Shown one piece after another: positions 13,115-26,480 of a stretch of DNA of 64,000 bases. Each line of letters opens with the position of its first letter. Position 1 is the stretch's first letter. The notes below the pieces were generated by a model, which saw only the letters and a list, made by a program, of their open reading frames with translations, was not told the origin of the DNA and made no database searches. The position numbers and the translations under genes were made by a program. This DNA is from Camelus ferus (taxonomy: Eukaryota). The DNA is taken from the NCBI RefSeq assembly GCF_009834535.1, contig NC_045697.1, forward strand, positions 110,300,001-110,364,000. The letters run 5' to 3'.

Positions 13115-13679
13115 AGAATGACAATCTCCAGGTCCTTCCATGTTGCTGCAAATGGCATTATTTTATTCTTCTTTATGGCTGAGTCATATTCCATTGTATA
13201 AATATACCACAGCTTCTTTATCCAGTCATCTGTCAATGGACATTTAGGTTGCTCCCGTGTCTTGGCTATTGTAAATAGTGCTGCTATGAACACTGGGATA
13301 TGAAAGAAAAATATCTTATGATATAGTTTATAGGTGGAAACTAAAAAAAGACGAACTTATTTACAAAACAGAAACAGACTCACAGACATAGAAAACAAAC
13401 TTATGGTTACCAGCGGGGAAAGGGGGTGGGAAGGGATAAATCGGGAGTTTTGGATTTGCAGATACTAACTACTATGTATAAAATAGATAAACAACGTTTC
13501 TTTTGTATAGCATAGGGGACTATATTCAATATGTTGTAGTAAACTATAATGAAAAAGAATATGAAAATGAATATACTATGTGTGTGTATGACTGAACTAT
13601 TATGCTGTACACCAGAAATTGACACAACATTGTAAACTGACTATACTTCAATGTAAAAAACGAATAAAAACTAAAAGTA
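13115..13679 (+). mobile_element. 5'-inverted (twin-primed) LINE-1 3' end with 15-bp TSD
   Basis: Inverted part ~13115-13302, forward 3'UTR and A-rich tail ~13303-13679. TSD aaaacatacacacat (13100-13114) / aaaacacacacacat (13680-13694). Confidence 0.85.
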
Positions 13680-14542
13680 AAAACACACACACATCAAAGA
13701 ATACTTAGTATGGTGAAAATCAACAAACTTTTACTGAGTACCTACATATTTTAAAAGAAAAATATTTTCCATCAATTCTGTTAATTGGCATTTTGCCAGA
13801 AAAAGGCTATCATAAATATTGGCTTCTAAATGCTTACTTCACCAGAACACAATAAGGAAGCAATTAGTAAGCCTGCTAGGTTGTGGAAATTCTCTCCCTA
13901 TCACTAAATTATCATAGTACTATTTGTATGCATGCATGTCCTTATACACGGCTCCTCAGATACCTAGGCAAACGCTAAATGACTGTCCTGTAAACAGTGC
14001 ATGCGTTTTAAACCTCCACAGACCAATGCACATAACAATTTGATACTACTTTTCAAGATAACAGAAAAGCAAGAATAAGTCTTGCTCACACATAGGAAAT
14101 TTCCATGCAGGCATTTTTCCCTGGTTATTCAGAGCTGCATTGTTAACGCTGTTTAATTTTAATAGCCTGTTCAATTCTGAACCCCACCTGCAGAATGTGC
14201 ACTCAGCTCGTGCTATTTCATGCTTGACTTGTCCACACGCCTGGGAGAAATTTCTATTTTGATTTGCATTCAGGATTTTTTAAGTCATCAATTTGGAACT
14301 AACGACTAATATCTGAAAGCACAACCAAATAAATCTTCTCTCATTCACATCACCCAGGAAAACCAAGACGAGCAAGTATGAATGTGCTTTCCAGGCTTCA
14401 GTTTTTGTCAGTATTTCTTTAAGATCAAGAAGGCTGTGCTTTGTATTTTTGCATATTGAGAAGTAAAACTAAAAAGCACACACATAGATTCTATTTTTAA
14501 AGTTACGTTTTTGGTTGCTTATATAATTTTAAAATATTCCCT

Positions 14543-14543
<1 letters not shown>

Positions 14544-14589
<46 letters not shown>

Positions 14590-14595
14590 CCTATC
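14544..14595. repeat. (TATC)n tetranucleotide microsatellite
   Basis: About 13 units seen directly. Confidence 0.95.
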
Positions 14596-15309
14596 GATTT
14601 ACTTTTCATTTATCTTTGGTCTGATACAATCCAGCGCCACTAAAGGAGACGGCTGAGTAGGATAACATCAAATATGTTTTTAATGGTCATTAAACGAAGT
14701 CTCAACAGCAAAGCTATCTAAGAAGATCTGCTTCTTGGAACTATGTAGAAAAAAAATGGTTAAGAAACTAAAATTGAAGTGTCTCTTTCATAGATTTAGT
14801 GGAAATTCTCTCTGAAAAATTGATAAATTTCACTATGGGGTGGTTGCTAGGATACCCCTCAAAATCTATTAAAGTAAGCTCTTGCCTTTAAAAGATTGGA
14901 CAGAGTTTCCATTATTTCAGAATGACTTTGAAAATCATGTTGTATGTCCTAAGTGAACAAAACAGGTGAATGGATGACCCTTAAAACAAAAGATTATCGA
15001 AGTCCTAAAAATAACTAGACTCTCTCATATGGTTTATTTAAAAAGTCAGCTTGTCAGAGGGGTTCAGATTCTCAGCCCTGAAAAAAAGAAAAAAGATCAA
15101 AAGCCAAAGGGACAATGCAAAATTCCTAAGGGGTAGTTTAATACCTGTTACTGAAGGAAGTAAGGAAGGGAGTTTTCATTTATAGTGGACCTATGATTTG
15201 TTAGGTGTCATCATAAAAGTCTTTTTTCCTCTGGAATTGAAAGCAGCACAGACACTAGAAGCATTTATTTTTAATTTTTAAAAAATTTTAATGTTTTTTT
15301 TATGCATTC

Positions 15310-15398
15310 TTTTTTTTTTTTAAATGGAGGTACTGGGGATTAAACTCAGGACCTCATGCATGCTAAGCATGTGCTTTACCACTGAGCTACACCCACCC
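15310..15398 (-). mobile_element. tRNA-Ala-derived SINE (camelid vic-1-like)
   Basis: Reverse complement GGGTGGGTGTAGCTCAGTGGTAAAGC...GAGTTTAATCCCCAGTACCTCCA plus poly(A); A and B boxes present. Confidence 0.8.
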
Positions 15399-15759
15399 TC
15401 TGCCATTTGAAGTATTTAACTTTTTGAATTACTGTCAATTAATTTGGAAAAGTTCTATAAACAGTTCTACAGGAAGGTTTATGTCTAATTCTGTTATGAG
15501 TAAGGCAGGCTGGGGAAAAACAAAAAAAGCTGAACCAGTTCTAGAAAGGGAACTAGAAACATGACTTCCTGAACCCAAGAGCACACAGTGAATATTATTT
15601 GATATTCATATCTCTGGAAAGTCATTAAACCTGGCTCTTCTCCTTGACTCCTTTATAAACCATGGATAATGTTTTTGAAGTCAAGATTAATCTGATATTG
15701 CCAAAAATGAAAACCCTCATGTCGAGAGTATCCAAAGTGATCCAAAGGTTTGGTGTAAA

Positions 15760-16555
15760 CCCCTTCAAAATCCCAGAGGCAGTTTTTGCAGAAAAAGAAA
15801 AAAAAATTCATGATAAGATTCATATGGAATCTAAACAGACAGACCCTGAATAGCCAAAAATCTTGAAAAAGTTCCAAACTGGATGTCCAATTTTCCTAAT
15901 ACCTAATAAAAAGACTATCTTTTCCCCATGAATTGTCTTGACGCTTTGTTAAAAATCATTCGACCACATATGCGAGGGTTTATTTCCGGTTTCTCTATTC
16001 TATTTCATTGGCGTATACCTTTATGCCACATTGTTTTGCACCCAGCAGCCACCTTCTAAACTCTGCCCCTGTGGATCTGGCTACTCCAGACACCTCCTAT
16101 AAGTGGAATTATGCAGCATTTATATTTTTGGAACTTCACAATAAACTCTTACTAAATACTATTTTATTGGTCAGGTGGCTTAATTCTGCTATTTCTGGGT
16201 TTGGAGGAATACCGTGGAGTATCGTTCAGCTTTAAATCAGAGGAAGGAACCTCGGGCACCTGCTGCGACGTGGATGAAACTTGAGGACACTGTGCTAAGT
16301 GAGGCAACCCAGCACCAAAAAGATAAGTACTGTATGATTCCACTTTACAGACAGAGTTTAGAAGGCTGGTTGCTGGGGGCTTGGGGAGAAAAGGAATGAA
16401 GAATCTTTAATGGGTACAGAGTTTCAGTTTTGCAAGATGAAAAGAGTTCTGGAAATTGGTTACAGAAAAATGGGAATGTATGTAATACTATTGGTGTGTA
16501 CAGTTAAAAATGGTTAAGATGGTAAATTCATGTTAGGTATGTATTTTATCACAAT
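15760..16555. mobile_element. Old LINE-1 (L1M/L1MB-like) fragments in mixed orientation
   Basis: KIPEAVFAEKEK..KIHMES and AATWMKLEDTVLSE peptides; gggtacagagtttcagttttgcaagatgaaaaagagttctgg 3'UTR motif. Confidence 0.75.
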
Positions 16556-16568
16556 TAGAAGAAATTAG

Positions 16569-16795
16569 TTCAAGATTTGCCAATATCAACTATTATATAT
16601 AATATAGATAAACAACAAGTTTCTTCTGTATAGCACAGGGAACTGTATTCAATATCTTGTAGTAACCTACAATGAAAAAGAATATGAAAATGAATAGATG
16701 TATGTACTTGTATGACTGAAACATGATGCTGTACACCAGAAATTGACACAACATTGTAAACTGACTATACTTCAATTTTTTAACAAAGTCAAAAA
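16569..16795 (+). mobile_element. Truncated young LINE-1 3'UTR
   Basis: Near copy of 13450-13650; flanked by aagaaattag direct repeats (TSD). Confidence 0.8.
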
Positions 16796-17576
16796 AAGAA
16801 ATTAGAATAAATGAAAAAAATTTGGAAAGCATAGGATGCTAGGGACGGCAGGCCTTGGCTTTTGAAAACAAAAACAAAGCACTGTCCTAAATATCCCCAA
16901 GGGAACAAAACCTTGAGCACATCGCCTTTGACAGTAGGACCCCTGTGAGCTAAAGCAAGTCCCCCATGTGACGTGAAAGTTTGAGACCACAAATGGTATC
17001 AGGTGTCACCAGTTGAAATTGATTTCAATCCAGGAACAAGCAGTGACGGGCTCTGATTCCCAAGTCTTTTCCCAGTTTGCTTACCTTTCAAACATAGATC
17101 ATATATATTAAATTTCTCCTATCACATAGAAATAAAAGCAACCAGCACATTTAAAATTTATTACCTGAAACAGAGCCATTCTTGTATCTAGGTTCCTAGG
17201 TCGGTCAGCAAAAGTCCAGGGAACCCAGACCAGCTTAATGACTGTTAATAAATCCTCCTCCCTTCTTTCATTAAAACAAAGTCCTGGCATGCTAAATTCA
17301 TTTCTGTATACCTTTACAACAATCTCAAAGAGTTAACTTCTCAGATAGCTGAGTTTTAAGCCATTCCTCCTAGAGTTCTGTGAAATAACTGAAGAGAGAA
17401 GTGGACAAGAGATGGCAAAACCAGGGCAGAATGTAAACTTCTCTTGGGGAAACAGGAGAAGGACCGGGGAAGAATTCCAGCGTGAAGGACAGAAGAACGC
17501 AGAGGCAGAGACAGACACAAACTGCTGAGTGAAAGTTCCAGCAGTCTGTTGATGACTTTTGATGGGAGAACAGACA

Positions 17577-17724
17577 CAGAGACCAATGCCTTTCAGCATG
17601 AGTTTTACTTCTAGTAAATCTAAATAAATTTATGAGCATCTCTCTAAAACAGCTTAAGTGGGAGATCCTCAAAAGATTCCAGACAGCAAGGGATGTCAAA
17701 TGGACACTAATAGTTAGTTATTAC
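17577..17724 (-). repeat. Right arm of the 148-bp inverted duplication (partner 12175-12322)
   Basis: Same alignment. It also shows as near-identical peptides in ORFs 12200..12481(+) and 17370..17699(-). Confidence 0.92.
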
Positions 17725-18027
17725 AAAAAATAAGGCTTCTCTTACTAAGAAAGAAGAATGGATATTGGCTATTAATTCAGTCTCTACCATATGACTTTCC
17801 TCTCAAAAAACAACAAGAAACAACAAAAACCTGGGTCTTTGAAAGGGGATTGGTGTGTAGGATTGACTGTAGAGGTACATCCCTTTGTAAGAGGCTGGAC
17901 AGTGGGGAAATTCACCCTTGGTTCATCATAAATAACCAGGTAAATAACATTAACATTTTTTAAATTAAATAATTAAACATCAATTAACAAAGTCAAAGAT
18001 TTCAAGTGTATTATGTATTTATTACAT

Positions 18028-18125
18028 GTATGTGTGTATATACATATATTTATATATATATTCGTATATGTATTTATATATATATATATAATTCGTATAT
18101 GTATTTATATATATGCATATATATT
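18028..18125. repeat. (TA)-rich low-complexity tract
   Basis: Seen directly. Confidence 0.9.
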
Positions 18126-19824
18126 CTGCACTCCGTGGAGGAAGAAAATTGTGTGGTGTGGACAGACATTGATACACATCAGTAAGGGAAACCTGCAAGG
18201 AGTGTGGATGCCCCTTCCAAGACTGTGGATGGTGATGTCCAGGGAACATCTCGATTTGCATCTAAGTAAAAAGAGCTGATTTGCCAATGGCCTTGGAAGA
18301 GATCAGTATCCTAGAGTCCAGAAGGAATTTACCAGCTGGAAGTTGGAGGGAAGAATCTGCAACATATTTTTAGGCAATTATAAAAAGACTTAAGCAGCTG
18401 CAACTAAGATAATGGAAATCACTGTATCCAGGAAAATAATTAATACTTAGAGAATGTTTACCATTTGCCTGGCCCTGTTATGGCCACTTGACTCTTTAAC
18501 AGGCACAACAACTCTAGGGGGGAGGTAGAATTATTACCCCTGTTCTACCAGTTAGGAAACTGAGAAACAGGGAAGTTGAGTCACTTGTGGAAGGATACGA
18601 TGCACTGTTAATCTTGGCAGGTGGACACTCCTGTGGGCTGTGCTCTGAACCAGTGCCCTCGCCTCCTCCTGATATTATCATCATGATGGTGCTGATGATG
18701 GAAAAGCTGAAATGTCTGCAAGTTTTAAAGAAGTTTATAAGCATTATTTTAAAATGCTGTCAGAGAAACCAACCAAATCCTGCTTTTCTCACTGGTGGGT
18801 CATTTCTATTCTAGTTTCAGAAATTTCCAGTTGCCACTTTTTTATCACCACTAATGATAACTAGAGAGAAAGACTGCTTAAAAAGCATATCAGTGCTTGC
18901 CTTCCGTAAATTCAGTTTATGATGAAGCTGCAAGGGAAAAGGTGTTTGTCTCCGGAGGAGGTATTTCAACTCAATATCAAGTTACAGGAAACAGTTTTGT
19001 ATCCAGACAAATGCAGTGTTTTCCCACCGACCTTCGGCCACCTTCACTTATTTGAATTTTGTAATTCATCAGAGAAACTAAACCAGAATGTAGCACATAC
19101 CATGTTCACCAATATTGGTTCAAGACTTCAGAGTTAAATTCCTCAGAAATGTAGCCACTACACAAGATGACCTTGAATGTAAAAATATCAAGCCGTTTTA
19201 AGTCATTGTAGAATGTTTAAACCATAAGCTGTACCAGAAAAGGCCAGTAGAGGGTGTGCTTTGCTCAAAGAAGAAAACTGTCTAGAGGTCCATCGCTTAA
19301 AAAAATGAGCAGGGCGAATGATGTGAGATTATAATTCACACTTTATAAATTCAGCTTAATCTCAACAAAATATCTCCCAAATCTGTAAGTTTTTAAAGTG
19401 TTAAGCATTAATTACATATTAAATTAAAAAATTACAAATTATCCTCATTAAAATTACTTCTAATCCTGCATTGTTAAATAATAAATTCAATAACTTATTT
19501 TTATTACAAAATTTTTAAAAAATCAAATAGGATCACTGGAAGGTGATTCTCCCAATTCCTAATTACTCAGAATATCTGACTTCAATTATCTTTTATTAGA
19601 TACATCAGAACATATTGGGTACCTAGTATATGTCAGACAATTCTTAAGGTTCACTTTGAATAGTATGAATAATATATCTCTGCTATTTGCAGGTTATATT
19701 CTATTTGGTGAAATAAACTACTAAAAAATGAATAAATTATATAAAAATGTGAAAAGTGAGAAGAATAAAGCAGAGACTGGGGTAGATAGGGAGCATTATG
19801 TGGTTTAAATGGGAAGGTCACATT

Positions 19825-20941
19825 AAAAGCACAAACAACAAGAGCAAAAATCAACAAATGGGACTATATTGAACTCAATAGCTTCTGCATAGCAAAAGAA
19901 GCAATTAACAAAATTAAAAGGCAGCATATGTAACAGGAGAAAATTTTTGCAAACCGTATATTGGATAAGTGTTTAAAATCCAAAATATATAAAGTACTTG
20001 CACAACTTAATAAAAACTACAGCAACAAGAAAATCCGATTAAAAATGGGCAGAATAACTGAGTAGACATAGTTTTAAAGAGGACATCAAAATGTCCATCA
20101 GGCACATGAAAAGATGCTCAGCATCACTAATCATCATGGAAATACAAATCAAAACCACAATGAGATGTCACCTCACACCTGTCAAAATGGCTGTCATCAA
20201 AAGGACAACAAATAAGTTTGGGGAGAAGGTAGAGAAAACGGAACCTTCATGCATTGTTGGTAGGAATGTAAATTAGCCCAACCATTATGAAAAATAACAT
20301 GGAGTTTCCTCAAAAAATTAAAAATAGAACTACTGTATGACCCAGCAATTCCACTTCTGGGAATATACCCAAAGGAAATGAGAACAGAAATTTAGTGAGA
20401 TATATGCCCCCCACGTTCATGACAGTACTGTTCTCAATAGCCAAGATACAGGACATAATTCAAATGCCCATCAACAAATGAATGAATAAAAAAGATGTGG
20501 TATACATAGAAAATGAAATATTATTCACCCACGAGAAAGGAGGAAATCTTGCTATTTCCAACAACATGGGTGGAACTTGAGCACGTTATGCTAATCAAGA
20601 TAAGCCAGACACAGACAAGTGCTGCGTGAGCTCACTTATACATGAAATCCAAACAAAATTCAAACATGTAAAAAAAAAAAAATACAGAGAGTAAAATGGT
20701 GATTACCAGGGGAAGAGCATGGGGGGATAAAATTGATGTTGTTTAAGTATACAAACTAGCACTGAGTACTAAAATGGACATAGAGATTTAATGGACTGTT
20801 TCTTGACTTGTACTCTAAGTGTGTAATGTGATGAATATCATTACTGTGGCAATTATATTATAATATATGAATGTATCAAAGTAACACAATGTACACTTAA
20901 ATTTATTCAATGTTACATGTCAAATTTATCTAATAAATAAA
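19825..20941 (+). mobile_element. LINE-1 (L1MA-like) 3' ~1.1 kb with tail
   Basis: [34 protein letters not shown] peptide, 3'UTR, (aata)n tail and degenerate TSD taaatggga. Confidence 0.85.
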
Positions 20942-21210
20942 TAAATGGGAGGATCCCAATTTTAATAGGTAGTAAGCACTCCCCTTTCCCCACCAGAAGG
21001 CAGAAGAATTCAGTAAACGTCAGTTTTTACCAAATGAAACTATAATGTGTGAATCTCAAGTATTAATATTTCGATTTTGATACATTAGCGTAATTAAGTA
21101 ACCAAGTGCCATATACTCTTTCAAAACAGACCCGTATGACAAATATCATAGCATTTCAAAAGCAACCTGGCATGCCCTGCTTCACCGAACTCTGTGGAAT
21201 GATCCAAGCT

Positions 21211-21274
21211 CTTTTTTAAGGACCTGAACACAAGTGCGTGCATGGAATGTTTTCTGTAGCTTCTAGAATGAAAG
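21211..21274 (-). pseudogene. Degenerate duplicate of the 5' half of PLRG1 exon 2 with its splice acceptor
   Basis: 21221-21274 aligns to 40244-40296 at 47/54 positions (6 mismatches, 1 inserted base). It translates as KLQK/fs/HSMHALVFRSLKK versus [17 protein letters not shown]. Confidence 0.75.
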
Positions 21275-24200
21275 TGGTCGGTTCACGTATGGCAACCAAC
21301 TGCACCCAGCAGAAGTCTAAATGTATCGAAGAAAAATTTTCTCAGCATTTAACATTTCTACAAGTGGACCTGAAAAGAAAAATGTAAGAGCGAAGTTGAG
21401 AGTGAAGCAGGCTTGGCTTTCTATGAGATGGTAGGCATGCATCCAACTGAGGAAGAGTTATTAAGGATCCAATGGTTTTTGTGAGAAAATCAAGACGAAA
21501 ATTCTTGGTCATTGTTACAGTCCCAGCGCCATCAGCCTTGACTGTAATAGAGGAAGTTGTCAAAAAATGCTTGTTGATAAATGTAGTAGAAAGCCAGTTT
21601 CACTATGAAAAATTCTGAGATTGACAATAACAAGAATGCTATTGATTCAACAAAGCAATGAAGTACTTCGTGGAAGCTGAGCTTAAGACATGGACATGCA
21701 TTGGTGCCTTCCAAGACATTCCTCTGCTAAAACAGCGTCCAAGCCATTGGGAAGTGCGGTAGAGAATTCTAGAGCTAAGATTTGTCTCTTGTTTGTCCAC
21801 ACTGTTCATCCATTCACTTTCATCTTTAATTTCTCTCTCTCTGCCTTTAAATCCAGACCTTCAGGAGGAAGCATCTTTCATTTTGCATCATAATATGGAC
21901 GTCTTAAAATGTATTTTCTGCCAATCTTTATGAAAACATTAAAAGGCTGCAGGCAGGTTTGCTTCTGATATATAAACAATAATAGCCAAATTCGAATCTT
22001 AACATTTTTCGAACTAGTTTCGGGAGATCTAAGCTGATTGCCTAATGCTGGATTTTGGTGTCTGGCGGTAACTCTTAAAGCAGGTGACCAAAAGAAAGCT
22101 CCAGAAGGCTTTTCTATTTATCCACTACTAGAGAGCCCACAATCCCAGGGTGCCTCGGTGAGGCCCATTTGGGTGGGTGTGGTAAGAACTCAGAAATGTC
22201 ATTCAGACCAGAACCTGCTCCGAAACACAAAATGAAGGCAGTGGTATTCTAAGAAACACGGATGCCTGCCTTAAATTCAGATTTAGTTGGGTGTCTTTTA
22301 TTTTTACTTGCTAAATCTGGCAACCTTACTTGGAATGGATATGGCTCCCAGGAATGCTTCTCTACAAAGGAAGGAGAGAGGTGCAGCGAGAACAAATACT
22401 GGCTTCTCCCATCTCCCTGCCGTGTGAGTTCCTAATGGTGTCTCCTATGAGCACAATCTAACTGGAAGACAGTTGGCAAAAAAAGCCTAGGAAATGTTGC
22501 TGTTTTTTGGCCCCTAGCCACAGAAATACAGAGCAGAGGGTAGAGTGAGGGGCCTGGGGATAACAGACTGTAGGTAAGTATCAAGCAACTTCTTATATGA
22601 ATGATGTAGAATTTTAGCTTAAGATACTTACAAATACAAAGATGCATCTCAGTTAATTTCTTTCTATACGTGCTTTGGTTGCCTACTTTGGTGCTCAGAC
22701 ATTCTGACTGCTGCTTTTGCGGTGGACAAAAACCATCCATAACTGGGATATGAGGTGTCATAAAACCAGCACCACACTAGCGGTCCACTTGGAAATGCCA
22801 CAGGAATGCGGAAGAAGGACTGTTCATTCTGACCAGGAGCCCTTTACAGAACGAGTGGCATTTGAATGAGACTTCACTCGCATAATGAAAGAAGAGGAAA
22901 GAGAAAGACCTTCCCAGATGGACAACGAGATCGGAACCAGAGGTGAGAAAGCATGCAGTGTGTTCTGAGAATAGCCAGGGGTTTGGTGCAGCTGAGTAAC
23001 GATGATGTGTGAATGTGGGTGGGGACTGACTCGGTCACGTGGGAAGAGCACCTTGCCGGAGGAGGGCCTCAAATACAGTTGGTTCAAATCTAACTTTTTC
23101 CTTGGTTTCAGCATCTTCGAATGATTTCCTATTGCTGACACATTACATGACAGAATAAAAACCACATTCTTAGCTCCATGTCTAAGGCAATGAATGCTGG
23201 TTTTTCTTATGATAGGTATATAGCCCATGCAATATTGGGACCACATTTACACCAAAAAGTTTTTGTTTATTTGAAATTCACACTTATCTGGGTGTCCTGT
23301 ATTTTACCTGTCAACTCTAAAGACAAAGCCTCAGCATTTTAAATGTCTCCCCTTACCCCAATTTCTAGCTTGATGTTGTCCATTTCCTAGTCTTTGAGGA
23401 CTGATTCTGCTGCATGAAATAGGTATCCCTTTTTGGCTTCCCCCCCCGACAGCTTAAGATTCCACTTTCCCCAGGGTGTTGGTTACCACTTGACTACATG
23501 CCTTCTTGTTTCCAAAATTTTGTTTCTGTTCTTTTTTTCTCTTTGCATATTTTCATCTTTGTGAAATAAACAAAAACAACTCTACTGTCATTTTAATGAG
23601 GTTTGGGGAAGAAGCAAAATTAGATATATACATTCAATCAACCACCTTCAAAGAAGTCTATATATTTATTTAATATGTTCTTGCAATTTTTTTTTCTATC
23701 TATTTTGGCCATTTTCCCACATCAGCATGTTCAAATCTACTTTGCATTTTAATGGCAGCATAGTATTCCCTGTGCCACAGTCTTCATTCAAAGTTACTAC
23801 TAACCTAATTTTTTATTGAGTGAAAATATTTTATCACTGTTGGGCTTTGAGAGCTGGGAGATAAAGACTGTAGGGTTTTTTTTTCCATGAATATGTCTGG
23901 ATATGGAATAGTTATGTATGAGTGAGAACATAACTAATGGATGTGATTATCTGGTTGATATTTTCTATTTTGACTGGAAGTAGTAGTTACTCATTCCCAA
24001 TGAGATGGAAAGTAAAAGATTTTACCTTAGCCTCTACTTTGTGCTCTTGTTGAAGGCTTAATTGATGTCCTTTTAGACTTACATTAATACATATTTTTCA
24101 TTACGATCATGCTATATATTCTGTTATGCACATTTTCCACAATAGTCTGTGGCTGTCTTTCCACATCAACTTTAATGTCTACTATATTCTTTTCAAGAAA

Positions 24201-24519
24201 AGCATGTTATTTATTTGTACTGAATAATGTATCCATCAATCCTCTATTCATGGGAAGATGCTCTGTATACCAAAGAATGTGCATTAAAAGCCTGTCATCT
24301 ACCCAAGACCCTATTCCATTTCAGAGAGATACCAATGTTTAGTTTCTTATATGTCCTTCAACATATATCTATGTCATAATATTTATATGAATAAATATTA
24401 CACTTAGATAAGTATAAATAAATCTTGCACTAAGATTAGTGCCCATTTTTTAATTTTAATAAAGTATTGGAATTTTTCCATATCAGAGCGCATACTAAGC
24501 TCCCACATGTATCTATATC

Positions 24520-26480
24520 CATTTCTGGGCTGACTATTCTGTTCTCTTGGTTTGAATTTTTATTCCTGCGTTAACAAACAACTCCAACATAATTATATGC
24601 TTTTGTATCTGGTAGAAGACTCACTCCCACCTCTCCTGAGTCTGCTCTTTCAAAAGTTTCTTAAACATTGGTTATCTTTCAGCTCATCTGTGATAATCTA
24701 TGATGATCCATAAACTTGAGCATCAATTTATAAAGTTCTTCCAACAAAACTCATTGCAAGTCTTATAGGAATTATATTAAATTTATCTGTTAATTTTTAT
24801 GGAAAAAGGCATATTTAAAAATCTGTGTCTTTCCTTCCAGGGGCAAGGTGTGTCTTTCCATTTATTAGGACTTTAAAACTTTCATTCGAGTTTCATAATT
24901 TCTTGTTCCTTTACATAGAGATTCCACATTTCTTGTTAAAGCTATTCTTACTCTATAGGTTTTGTTCATAGTGTGAAGGTGGTTATTTTTTAGACAAATC
25001 AAACAGCTAGCTCACTGCTGTTATCAAGAAAAACTACTAATTTTCATGTCCCATATTTATCTTGCATGGAATCATTTATAGGGCACTTGCATTAGTTTTA
25101 ACAGATTTTCTGTTGCTTTATATGGCCTTATCTACAAATCATTATAATTTAACTTCCTTCTTATCCCACTTGTTCAAACTCCCAGAACCATATTGAATTA
25201 AAAAATGAGTGCAGATACCCCTTTATTATTCCTGATTTTAATTATTCCTGTGCCTGCCTCTGTGCTCTACCATAAAGAATAATTTAGTAGTACTTCCTAA
25301 TTACTCTTTAAGAAAAATTTTGACGTATCTCCCCGTTCTTTCTCTCAGAACGCTGGCTTGGTACTTTCCTTGAATTCTGTCAAGTGATTTTTCTGCATAT
25401 ATTGGTTGCTCTTGCTTATCCGAATTATTTGCAATAAAGTGTTGTCTAACATTTAATCACTATTTTCAGTTAATTCTTTGCCCAGATGTATAATTAAGTC
25501 ATGTGCTAATAATGATAATTTTATTTCCTGCTTTCCAATTATTATACTTCTAATTTCTTACCTGACTCTAAATGTAGTGGAAAGTTCTTGTAAAAAAAAT
25601 GAAAAAAAAGTAGTGATGGTGGACAACTTTGTCTTGTTTTGATGTTAATAGAAATGCTTCTTGTGTTTCCCAATATACAACTGAGGTAGAGTAGTTTGAT
25701 TTAATTAAGTTTTAAACGTATCCATCTGTTCCTATGTCTAGTAAGTTTTTTTATGTAACAAAGAATGGATTTTAAATATTGAAATGCCTCTACTGTCTAT
25801 GAAGATGCTTATGATTTTTCTCCTTATATAAAGCAATATGGTAAGTTGTTAATTTATTTCTTAATAATGAACCATCCTTGCACTCTTAGAATAAATTCCA
25901 CTTGGAAATGTGCTGCTTGATCCTTTCAATAGACTTCACTAATGATTTTTGGCTCAATATTCATATGCAAAATGAAATCACAATTCCCTTGGGGCTTTAT
26001 TGAATTTGGGTATCTCTGTTATACTCACATTTTAAAACACGAAAGATTTCCTTCTTTATCTAGGTCCTAGAAAAATTTGAAGTGCATTATAATTAGAATT
26101 TCATTCTGGATCTCAATGAGCTTGGGATGTATGCAAGTGGTGCTGGTAGGAGTTAACTCCTTGAGAATTCTGTTTCTTCTCTGTTACTCTGTTTAGGTTT
26201 TCTGTATGTTCTATAATCAGTCATGAGATTTTATTTTTCTTAAACTTAACCATTTTATTTGACTGTTTAAACACAACAGCATGGATTTGGACAGAATTCT
26301 CCCCTCGCCATTTTTATTAGGATACCAATGATTCTTCTCTTTGCTTCTTAATTGGTTAGTTTCGTCTACTTCATTTTATACCAAAAAAAAAAAAAAAAAA
26401 TCAACATTTAGGTTTATTTACTAACTCTACATCTTTTTTATTTCACCAATTTATTTCCTGTCAACTGTTTCATACTATTT
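24520..26480 (-). mobile_element. Ancient LINE-1 (L1M) ORF2 remnants
   Basis: T-rich sequence with L1 motifs such as tgaaccatccttgcactcttagaataaattccacttgg. Boundaries approximate. Confidence 0.55.

Noticed and set aside
14090..14250. Minus-strand WKFP peptide with an upstream acceptor, suggesting another PLRG1 exon copy
   Set aside because: Only 4 residues match and the flanking nucleotide similarity is unconvincing.
21480..21620. Minus-strand AFFDNF...GTV resembling piggyBac transposase motifs
   Set aside because: The motifs are in different frames with about half the expected spacing and no other piggyBac features, so chance is plausible.
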